A DNA stretch of 32,481 bases from Chlamydiota bacterium. GTDB lineage: Bacteria > Chlamydiota > Chlamydiia > Chlamydiales > JAJFMI01. Each line of letters starts with the position of its first letter. Within the stretch, counting starts at the first letter, position 1. The stretch covers positions 1 to 32,481 of the forward strand of contig JAJFMI010000007.1 of assembly GCA_021772235.1 (NCBI GenBank). The letters are read 5' to 3'. The notes below the pieces were generated by a model. The model did no database searches. It was not told the origin of the DNA and was given only the letters and a program-made list of their open reading frames with translations. Of this stretch, positions 17,244 through 24,765 are shown one piece after another. A program made the translations under genes and the position numbers.

Positions 17244-18790
17244 CCTAACTCAGGTTGTGCGTTTTCTTCAGTTGAAGCAATCGCTGGTTCTGATTGGGTT
17301 TTTGTTTGGAATTGTTTTCCAAGGGATTTAGTGGCCGCAATCCATGCTCCGATCGTTAGGATAAAAAATCCGGCGATATATGGAGCGCTTGCGGTAACGC
17401 TTTCAAGTGGGATAAGGAAAGCTTGGTGAATGAGGGAACTTCCTGATTTTCCTAAGCGGGAGCCAACGCCATCGATTGCGGCTTTTCCTTTGAGTTTGCT
17501 CTCTGAGTTAAGGGGAATAAAGGCCATCTCTTTTGTTGCATCAAAGAGCGTGTATTTGCACGCTCGCGCAATGCAGTTTTGCATCGATCCAAAGAAAACA
17601 GCTAAGGCAAGAGGGGTGGATCCTAGCATAATTGCCATCGCGCCAAATCCTGATTCGCGGAAAAGGAGGAAGGAGAAGAAGGCTGTACCGGTAACAAGAA
17701 TAGCGATTGGAGAAATCAGGGCGCTAAAGGTCCATCCGAAACGGCGGATACTGCTGCCGCAAATAAAGATCGAAATGAACGTAGAAAAGGCTCCCATAGC
17801 CATAAAGACTTTTCCCATATAGGCGCTAAATTCATTGGGATCAGAGATGAGTTGATGTACTTGATCTTTCCAGACTACTTCGATCATATTGATCGAGACG
17901 TTGTATGTGAAAACGATGATCGCAATGCAAATTAAGTACTTAGATTTAGCGAGATAGGCAAAGTTCTTGCCCAGACTCATTTTAAATTTTGGCTTATCTT
18001 GCTTTCGTCCCGTGCTGCAAATAGCGCTTGTGTCAAGACCATATTTGGAAAGCCAGCGGTAGGCAAACATTATTCCCGCTCCAGAGAGAAGGATCACAAT
18101 CGTAATGAGGCCAATTGTCATTCCCCAAGGATCTTGCGATTCAGGGAAGAGCGAGAAAATTGCACCAGCTGAGAGCTGTAAGGAAATCGCCCCGGCAATA
18201 AAAGAGGCGATATTTGCGCCCATGAGTAGAGGCGCGTAAAAGCGCTTGGCGCCGCCCATGTTGATCATCTGATTGGCAAATCCCCAAAAAAGAATTGTCA
18301 TTACAATGGTGCCCCAAAGCTCGCTCATGCAATAGAAAAGTGTGAACGTCCAGTTGCGAAAGATGGAGATGAGCCCGGAAAATCCATCGGGCAGGCGTGT
18401 GGCTAGGGAATCGCATAAACCGTGAGGGTGTAGCAGGCCAATATTGGGGTAGATGGCAAAAGCAAAAAGAGCAAAAAAGCCGAGAAAGATCGAGACCATT
18501 ATATAGAAGACGCGATCCCGACCGTAGCGGTTGGCAAATTTTCCGTAGAGGGCGGTAAAGAGGAGAGCCATGGGCAAAATCGCCCAGACCTTGATAAAGG
18601 GAAGTGCTTCAGCGCCAGAACCTTTAGCAGTGATGACAAGAGCATCTTTTGCAGCGCGCAAAAGAGTGTAGTTCATGCAGATTAAAAAATAGATTATGAA
18701 CATTGGCAGGAACGTGCGAAGCTCGCTCCGATAAATGGGCCAAAGGAAAGAACGGATTTTACCAAGCCTCGGTTGGGCGTCGGTGGCCAT
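17240..18790 (-). CDS. ntt: Nucleotide transporter of the NTT (ATP/ADP translocase, Tlc/Npt) family
   Basis: 516-aa polytopic ORF. The N-terminus is family-typical: KIRSFLWPIYRSELRTFLPMFIIYFLICMNYTLLRAAKDALV. FWGFANQ is also present. Substrate specificity is not inferable. Confidence 0.92.
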   Translation of the reverse strand: MATDAQPRLGKIRSFLWPIYRSELRTFLPMFIIYFLICMNYTLLRAAKDALVITAKGSGAEALPFIKVWAILPMALLFTALYGKFANRYGRDRVFYIMVSIFLGFFALFAFAIYPNIGLLHPHGLCDSLATRLPDGFSGLISIFRNWTFTLFYCMSELWGTIVMTILFWGFANQMINMGGAKRFYAPLLMGANIASFIAGAISLQLSAGAIFSLFPESQDPWGMTIGLITIVILLSGAGIMFAYRWLSKYGLDTSAICSTGRKQDKPKFKMSLGKNFAYLAKSKYLICIAIIVFTYNVSINMIEVVWKDQVHQLISDPNEFSAYMGKVFMAMGAFSTFISIFICGSSIRRFGWTFSALISPIAILVTGTAFFSFLLFRESGFGAMAIMLGSTPLALAVFFGSMQNCIARACKYTLFDATKEMAFIPLNSESKLKGKAAIDGVGSRLGKSGSSLIHQAFLIPLESVTASAPYIAGFFILTIGAWIAATKSLGKQFQTKTQSEPAIASTEENAQPELG

Positions 18791-18858
18791 ATGCTCCTAT
18801 CATCATATTCACCCCACATTATACTTGGTTTTCTCTTAAAAACCAAGTTTGAGGATGA

Positions 18859-19965
18859 TTAAAATTTGTTTGTTAAAGCGTTGATTCCAGGTAGTGATCC
18901 TTTTTCAAGAAACTCAAGAGAAGCGCCGCCGCCAGTAGAAACATGTGTAAACTTATTATTTAAATTCAGTAGGCTAATCGCTGCTCCGGAATCGCCTCCA
19001 CCTACAATGCGTAGGGAATTCATCTCGGCAAGCATTTTTGCCAGCCCTTCTGTTCCCTTGGCAAAATTCGGAAACTCAAAAACACCCATCGGGCCATTCC
19101 AAAAAATTGTTTTACTCTCATGCAAAAGCGGTCGCCATTTTTCCAAAGTCTTTGGGCCAATATCCATTCCTTGCCAGCCATCTGGAACGCCCTCTTCATA
19201 CCCAACAATATGCGTTTCGGCGCCATCTGAAAATTGCTCAGCGATGACAATATCTTCTGGCAGCACCAAATTTTTTGCCTCATCAATAAATTCGCTCACC
19301 ACCTCAAGATGCGCCGGATCATAAATGGAATTGCCAATGGAGTTTCCCATCGCTTTCATGATGGTAAACACCATTCCGCCTCCGATAAAAAGATGGTCGA
19401 CTTTTTGTTGCAAAGCTTGCAAAACGTTAAACTTAGAATCGATTTTTGCGCCGCCGATGATGGCAGAAAAGGGGCGCGTAGGATTTTCCACAAGCGGGCT
19501 AAGTGCATCGACTTCCTTTTCCATTAAAAAACCAGCGGCACATTTTCCCGGGAAATACTGACAAATCGTGACAATGGAAGAGTGGTTGCGATGCGCTGCG
19601 CCAAAAGCATCGTTCACAAAGACATCCCCATGTGTGGCGAGCTCTTTTGCAAATTCCGGATTGCTATCGGGATCTTTTTCCGCTTTATTGTGCCGTAAAT
19701 TTTCTAAAACGGTCACATCGTCTCTTGCTAAAAGTTCGTAAAGGCGCTTTTTGCAGGGCTCCATCGAACCCTCGCTTTTTCCCAAGTGACTCATTAGCGT
19801 TAATTTTGCGCCCTGATCAAGAATGTATTGAATTGTGGGGAGTGCCGCGCGAATGCGCGCATCATCACGAATTGTACCGTCATCATTAAACGGAACGTTA
19901 AAGTCGACGCGTAGCAAAACACGCTTGTTTTTTAGATCAAGATCACGAATGGATAATTTTTTCAT
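18859..19965 (-). CDS. pgk: Phosphoglycerate kinase (unusually short, 368 aa)
   Basis: Motifs present are LLRVDFNVP, DDARIRAALPTI, VNDAFGAAHR, FWNGPMGVFE and STGGGASLEFLEG-like (STGGGASLEFLEKGSLPG). Confidence 0.93.
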   Translation of the reverse strand: MKKLSIRDLDLKNKRVLLRVDFNVPFNDDGTIRDDARIRAALPTIQYILDQGAKLTLMSHLGKSEGSMEPCKKRLYELLARDDVTVLENLRHNKAEKDPDSNPEFAKELATHGDVFVNDAFGAAHRNHSSIVTICQYFPGKCAAGFLMEKEVDALSPLVENPTRPFSAIIGGAKIDSKFNVLQALQQKVDHLFIGGGMVFTIMKAMGNSIGNSIYDPAHLEVVSEFIDEAKNLVLPEDIVIAEQFSDGAETHIVGYEEGVPDGWQGMDIGPKTLEKWRPLLHESKTIFWNGPMGVFEFPNFAKGTEGLAKMLAEMNSLRIVGGGDSGAAISLLNLNNKFTHVSTGGGASLEFLEKGSLPGINALTNKF

Positions 19966-20022
19966 GAGGCTATTCCACTATTGCTGTTTATCATTTTTTT
20001 CATGATTTTCTGTACGTTTTTT

Positions 20023-20068
20023 CTCAATTTTTTTAGTGAACTTTGAAAAGTTGACTCAAAAAATTGAG
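20023..20068. repeat. Perfect 11-bp inverted repeat CTCAATTTTTT / AAAAAATTGAG (24-nt spacer with an imperfect inner repeat) in the dnaQ-pgk intergenic region
   Basis: Read directly: 20023-20033 and 20058-20068. No U-tract follows in either orientation. Confidence 0.8.
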
Positions 20069-20122
20069 GAATAAAGGGGCTAAAAGCGTGGAAAAAGTGG
20101 GAACATGAATAATGGAATAGGC

Positions 20123-20869
20123 TCATAAGTCTGAGAAAGGGGATGCCGCACCGGCAAAGTTCTTTCTCTTCCTTTTACTCAGTTCGCTTTTAATCGAAAA
20201 GAGTAGATCTGCATCAAAGTCTTGGTGAGCAGCCCAGCGCAGGTAATCCATTGGGATTTCAGAAAAGGGGCGTGCTTTGTGTTTGCCAAGTGGCATTTTT
20301 TTCATTAAAATCGGCTTTTTAAGTCGTTCTAAGAGATCTTTTGCAGAGCGAAAATTTTGTGATAAGAATTTAAAAACTTCGATGTTTACAACGACATCAC
20401 TCATAGCGCGATGGGCGCCTTCTTCAGGAATATTAAAATGGCGGCGAAGAGCTTGAAGAGAGTTTGTCGGGCTTTCGCCATATAATCTTGCAAGCCGCAA
20501 TGTATCGATGCGCTTATTGTTTTCAATTGTGCAGGGAACTGTGTGCCGTTTTGCTGCGTTTTGCAAGATGTCAATGTCAAACTTAATGCCGTGGCCAACG
20601 ATAATATTGCTGCCGATTAATTTGATTACATCGCGCAGAACCTCTCCGATTTTTGGTTTTCCCTGGACCATTTCATCTGTAATATTGTGAATTTTGATCG
20701 TCTCTTCAGGAATAGGAACACCGGGATCGATGAGTGTTTCAAATGTTTCAAGCACCTCGTCAAAAGTAAAAAGAGCCACAGCGATTTCGATAATGTGATC
20801 ATTTTTCGTGTCAAGACCGGTAGATTCGATGTCGTAGCAGATAAAGCGCTGTTTATTTAGTGAGGACAT
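20123..20869 (-). CDS. dnaQ: DnaQ-like 3'-5' exonuclease (DNA pol III epsilon family) with a DUF3820-like C-terminal tail
   Basis: 248-aa ORF. Exo I is FICYDIESTGL, Exo II is IIVGHGIKFDI, and Exo III is GAHRAMSDV. The C-terminal MPLGKHKARPFSEIPMDYLRWA resembles the exonuclease-associated DUF3820 motif. Confidence 0.85.
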   Translation of the reverse strand: MSSLNKQRFICYDIESTGLDTKNDHIIEIAVALFTFDEVLETFETLIDPGVPIPEETIKIHNITDEMVQGKPKIGEVLRDVIKLIGSNIIVGHGIKFDIDILQNAAKRHTVPCTIENNKRIDTLRLARLYGESPTNSLQALRRHFNIPEEGAHRAMSDVVVNIEVFKFLSQNFRSAKDLLERLKKPILMKKMPLGKHKARPFSEIPMDYLRWAAHQDFDADLLFSIKSELSKRKRKNFAGAASPFSDL

Positions 20870-21452
20870 GGGTGATTTCTCTCCTGAGTAGATCGCGATA
20901 GAGGCCGCTTTTGATTGAGTATAACGTGTGTGGAAGTTCTTTTACACCAGTCGTTTCGTAAAGAATTTCTAAATTGCGTTTGCGCGCTTTTTCCAGTTCA
21001 TTCTTTTTTAATTTGTCTGCCTTGGTGAAAACAATGAGAAGTTTTTTTCCATTGTGCACTGCCCATTTGGCAAATTCTAGATCGTTTTTTTGTGGGGGAT
21101 GGCGTAAATCAATCAGCTGAATCAACAACTGGAGATTCTCACGTGCATTTAAGTAATGTTCAATTGCCTCGCTCCAGACTGCTTGGTCTTTTTTCGAAAC
21201 TTTTGCGTAGCCAAAGCCTGGAAGATCGACAAAAACAAATTCGCCTGGCACTTCAAAAAAGTTGAGCGTCTGCGTTTTGCCGGGGCGTGAAGAAATTCTT
21301 GCTAATTTGGAGTTGAGGGTTAGGTGGTTGAGAAGAGAAGATTTGCCCACGTTGGAGCGGCCGATAAAGGCGATCTCTGGTAGATCACTTTGCGGATAGT
21401 CCTCCTCATAGAGGGCTGATTTGATGTAGCGACACTTCTCGAATGTTTTCAT
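20853..21452 (-). CDS. engB: Ribosome biogenesis GTP-binding protein EngB/YsxC/YihA
   Basis: 199-aa ORF. G1 is GRSNVGKSSLLN, G3 is VDLPGFGYAK and G4 is FTKADK. Confidence 0.9.
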   Translation of the reverse strand: MKTFEKCRYIKSALYEEDYPQSDLPEIAFIGRSNVGKSSLLNHLTLNSKLARISSRPGKTQTLNFFEVPGEFVFVDLPGFGYAKVSKKDQAVWSEAIEHYLNARENLQLLIQLIDLRHPPQKNDLEFAKWAVHNGKKLLIVFTKADKLKKNELEKARKRNLEILYETTGVKELPHTLYSIKSGLYRDLLRREITHVLTK

Positions 21453-21852
21453 TAATATATTTTATTTCTACTTGGATCGCCCCTTCAGGAAGTTGCGATC
21501 CCAACCTTTCGGCCCATTCAATGGCGGCAATTCCGCTGCCACCCAAATACTCCTCAAAACCTAAAGCGTAAAATTGCTTCTCATTCTCCAGCCTGTAGAG
21601 ATCGAAGTGGTAAAGAGGGATTCTGCCCTCATAAATATTTAGATAGGTAAAAGTTGGTGAGTGCACTTCATTTGCTTCCACCCCGCAAAGAGTTTTTGCG
21701 ATACCCTTAATCATTGTTGTCTTTCCGGCGCCCAAATCGCCATAAAAAAGCAGAATGGCTCCGGGCAAAAGAGTTGTGGCCAACTCCCTACCAAGAGCCA
21801 TCATTTCCTCGTTTGAAGAAATTCTTCTATTCTTCCAACCAGCTACTAACAT
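21406..21852 (-). CDS. tsaE: tRNA t6A37 biosynthesis ATPase TsaE (YjeE)
   Basis: Motifs are YGDLGAGKTTMIKGIAK, SPTFTYLNIY and HFDLYRL. The start is taken at Met 21852 (MLVAGWKN). The track ORF extends to 21978 only by reading into the upstream gene. Confidence 0.85.
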   Translation of the reverse strand: MLVAGWKNRRISSNEEMMALGRELATTLLPGAILLFYGDLGAGKTTMIKGIAKTLCGVEANEVHSPTFTYLNIYEGRIPLYHFDLYRLENEKQFYALGFEEYLGGSGIAAIEWAERLGSQLPEGAIQVEIKYINENIREVSLHQISPL

Positions 21853-22546
21853 ACTCTTCAAATACCTTATGCTTGCCGAGGTCTTCAACAAAAGCGGAGA
21901 TCTGTGATTCATCCAGTTGCTTCTGTAAAAAGGCCATAAAATCCTCTTCAATCTCGAAGCGGTTTTGTGAGGGTACATCGATCAAATCAATTGCTTTAAT
22001 TTGCGACTTTTTAAAGTCATCAATGACAGCTTTTTTCGTGTTAAATAGTTTGCCTGTAATCGCAGATGAATAAACCGTCTTCGTAATCGCAGCTTTTTCT
22101 TTCTGAATATAGTTCTTAATTACATCTGGATCTTCTGAAATGTGAAAGCGTTTTACTTTCATTCCTTTGTCCATTTCTGTGTTTTCTGGACAAGTAGAGA
22201 CCCAGTCATAAATCGCATCTTGCGGATTGGGGTGCGTATTGTCGCCAAAAACCTTGCCGGTGAAGGGGCAAATATAAATGCGCTTTGTCTCCGCGTTTAC
22301 ACTCTGCTGGCCGTATTGGATTTTGATCTGCGTCTCGCGCCAGACCTTGCCTTCCTTTTCCAGTTTTGCCAAAAGCTCATCAGCGCTCTGATAAATCTTT
22401 TTTTCACGCCCGAAGACAACCGGGTGTAGTTTAAATTTTTTCTCTAAAAAGAAAAAATAAGTCGTCAGAAGATCAGCCTTCTTGTTCTTATTTAAAAATT
22501 TTTCTAATAGCTCTACGAGCGAATCCGTCACAATCTTTGTAGCCAT
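21827..22546 (-). CDS. Conserved-looking hypothetical protein (~239 aa) at the head of the tsaE-engB-dnaQ operon
   Basis: Start is at ATG 22546 (MATKIV), with AGGA 5 nt upstream. The first ~98 codons of track ORF 21827..22840 look like translated intergenic DNA. The protein contains CPFTGKVFGDNTHPNPQDAIYDWVSTCPEN. I cannot name a family with confidence. Confidence 0.6.
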   Translation of the reverse strand: MATKIVTDSLVELLEKFLNKNKKADLLTTYFFFLEKKFKLHPVVFGREKKIYQSADELLAKLEKEGKVWRETQIKIQYGQQSVNAETKRIYICPFTGKVFGDNTHPNPQDAIYDWVSTCPENTEMDKGMKVKRFHISEDPDVIKNYIQKEKAAITKTVYSSAITGKLFNTKKAVIDDFKKSQIKAIDLIDVPSQNRFEIEEDFMAFLQKQLDESQISAFVEDLGKHKVFEEYVSSWLEE

Positions 22547-22550
22547 AATC

Positions 22551-22576
22551 ATCCTAAAAATACGAACTTTTAGGAT
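22551..22576 (-). promoter_or_regulatory. 9-bp perfect inverted repeat (ATCCTAAAA-N8-TTTTAGGAT) whose 3' arm contains the Shine-Dalgarno sequence and first AUG of the downstream CDS
   Basis: The minus-strand RNA reads AUCCUAAAA GUUCGUAU UUUUAGGAU GAUUAUG. Confidence 0.4.
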
Positions 22577-22678
22577 ACCATTAAGAGGTAAAAGAATCAA
22601 GGGGGGATAGTAGAGGATAATTGATTTGAAAAATATTACGACTTTGTAGAAGGTAGATGGAAAACAATAGGTGAAGTA

Positions 22679-23611
22679 ATGATAGAGTTGGTCTGTAAAA
22701 CGAGAGACGTTCTCCCTGACTCTTTTGTTACAAAAAGTTTGTCGGATTTGGAGGCGAAAGTAACGAAATTTGTTACTATAACAAATGGGATTATCACACT
22801 TGGAACTCTCCTTCCTTTTTGCCCACAGCTTGTGAGTCACAAAACAGCCCGAACTCTTGCCTTAACAAACATTTCATATTTAGTTTTTCGCTCTTTCATC
22901 AAGTCGTGCAAGTATAAGGAATTAAATGGTTCTAAGAAGTTACCAGTTCACCTTATTGCGGAAGTACTTGCTGTCTCAATGCTGATGACAAGATCTTTGT
23001 ACAGAATCTTTTCTCCTTGCGGATGGAGCTTGAGTCGGTGTGCCAATGGCCTCACCCAGTTTTCTTATGTTTTGATTTATTTGGGGGTTATGGGATATCT
23101 CAATTGGAGTATCGATAAAATTCATTTCCAATCCAAAGAAATTGAAAATTTGAAGGAGGGCAGTTCTGTTCTTCAAGGCAAATTAGGCATATTGATGGGT
23201 TTTTTGCGCGGCGAATCAAAGCCAAAGTTTGAGCTCGAAGAAAGAGTAGCTAGTTTAGAGAGTGATCTTGCGGTTTCAAGGCGAAATGTTGAAGCTTTGC
23301 GGAAGGCTTGGAAAAAACGCCTACCTGACGATGTTATTGAAGAGGAGGCTATTCTAAAATATGCGGAGCAGGCCGAATTATGCGAAGAGAAGTTAGGGGC
23401 TGCTGAATATGAGGTTTTTTTATTAACAGGGGAGCTCAAAATTATTGAAAGCAGTGCTGATTTCCCCGAAAAGGGATTAATGCGATGGGCTGCGGAAGGG
23501 GCTATGATGTTTTGCCAACATTTAAAAACAAAATTATCAAGATTAAAAGAAAGACCTGATAATGAAGAGGTCAGTCAAGCGGGACGTTATATAGAGGCCC
23601 CGAAAGAGTGA
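22679..23611 (+). CDS. Hypothetical membrane protein with paired hydrophobic lobes and a coiled-coil C-terminus (Inc-like candidate)
   Basis: ATG 22679 is preceded by AGGTGA. Hydrophobic pairs are ITNGIITLGTLLPF / LALTNISYLVFRSFI and LIAEVLAVSMLM / FSYVLIYLGVMGYL. A charged, heptad-like C-terminal half follows (LEERVASLESDLAVSRRNVEALRKAWKK...). Confidence 0.6.
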   Translation: MIELVCKTRDVLPDSFVTKSLSDLEAKVTKFVTITNGIITLGTLLPFCPQLVSHKTARTLALTNISYLVFRSFIKSCKYKELNGSKKLPVHLIAEVLAVSMLMTRSLYRIFSPCGWSLSRCANGLTQFSYVLIYLGVMGYLNWSIDKIHFQSKEIENLKEGSSVLQGKLGILMGFLRGESKPKFELEERVASLESDLAVSRRNVEALRKAWKKRLPDDVIEEEAILKYAEQAELCEEKLGAAEYEVFLLTGELKIIESSADFPEKGLMRWAAEGAMMFCQHLKTKLSRLKERPDNEEVSQAGRYIEAPKE

Positions 23612-23661
23612 AGGGTTAAATCATTGATTTTTCCTGAAAAAGATGTTATACTAGCGGGACT

Positions 23662-24765
23662 ATGGAACCAATTTTAGAAGAACTTGATATTGAGGGGTAT
23701 CACAAGGTTGTTAAGGTTACGGAACCCTCGTGTGGATTAGTAGCAATTATTTCAATTCACGATTTGACCATGGGGCCAAGCCTCGGTGGGATTCGTTTTT
23801 ACCCATATAAAAATTTTGATGCAGCCCTTTTTGACGCGATGCGTCTTTCTAAAGGAATGACTTATAAGTCTGCTATGGTTGATTTTGGCTGTGGGGGAGG
23901 CAAGAGTGTGATCATTGCTGATCCTAAGACCCAGAAGACGCCGGAGCTATTAAGAGCTTTTGGTAAAGCGATCAATAAGCTTGGTGGGATTTATATTGGT
24001 GCGGAAGATTCTGGTTGCAGCCCTGAAGATTTGGCCATTATGAATGAAGAGACACCTTATCTTGTTGGCTTGATGCATGAGAAGAGTTCGGGGCATCCTT
24101 CGCCGTACACGGCATGGGGCACTTTCCGCGGTATTGAAGCGGCTTTGAAGTTTCGTTTTGGTTCAACGGAGATTGCAGGTAAGCATTTTGCTTTTCAAGG
24201 TGTAGGTTCTGTAGGTGAGATTGTTGCCGAACATCTTTTTTGGCGCGGAGCGAAGTTGACGTTTGCTGATGTAAATATTGAGAATTGTGCGCGTTTGGCC
24301 AAGAAATTTGGTGCAAAGGTGGTTTCTACGGATGAGATTGTCACTCAAGAGTGCGATGTTTTTGTTCCGTGCGCTCTTGGTGGCGCCATTCACAAAGAGA
24401 ATATTCCTCATCTAAAGTGTCAAATTATTGCTGGCTGTGCCAATAACGTGTTGCTTGAAGAGAGCGATGGCGATCTTTTGCGCGAGCGCAATATTTTATA
24501 TGCGCCCGATTTTGTCATTAATGGCGGCGGCTTGATCAACGTGGTTTGTGAGATTGCAAAAGAGGGCTATTGTCCTATTGCAACGCGCAATAGCACGGAT
24601 AAAATTTATGAGAGTTTGCTTTCAATTTTTCAAGAGGCAGAAAAAACGGATTGCTCAACAGTCAAAGCTGCGATTACACTAGCAAAATATCGCCTTCAAC
24701 ATGAAATAGGAAAACGCCCGTATGAACCTTGCTTCCACCACTCCAGCAATAAAGTTACTTCTTGA
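23662..24765 (+). CDS. Leucine (Leu/Phe/Val) dehydrogenase, Glu/Leu/Phe/Val dehydrogenase family
   Basis: 367-aa ORF. Motifs are [12 protein letters not shown], the catalytic-Lys region [20 protein letters not shown], and the NAD fold FQGVGSVGE. Confidence 0.88.
   Translation: MEPILEELDIEGYHKVVKVTEPSCGLVAIISIHDLTMGPSLGGIRFYPYKNFDAALFDAMRLSKGMTYKSAMVDFGCGGGKSVIIADPKTQKTPELLRAFGKAINKLGGIYIGAEDSGCSPEDLAIMNEETPYLVGLMHEKSSGHPSPYTAWGTFRGIEAALKFRFGSTEIAGKHFAFQGVGSVGEIVAEHLFWRGAKLTFADVNIENCARLAKKFGAKVVSTDEIVTQECDVFVPCALGGAIHKENIPHLKCQIIAGCANNVLLEESDGDLLRERNILYAPDFVINGGGLINVVCEIAKEGYCPIATRNSTDKIYESLLSIFQEAEKTDCSTVKAAITLAKYRLQHEIGKRPYEPCFHHSSNKVTS

Noticed and set aside
22547-22840. N-terminal ~98 codons of the 337-aa ORF 21827..22840
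   Set aside because: The translation is low-complexity and hydrophobic with no coding character. It overlaps the divergent promoter region and the start of the plus-strand gene at 22679. A good AGGA-N5-ATG start exists at 22546.
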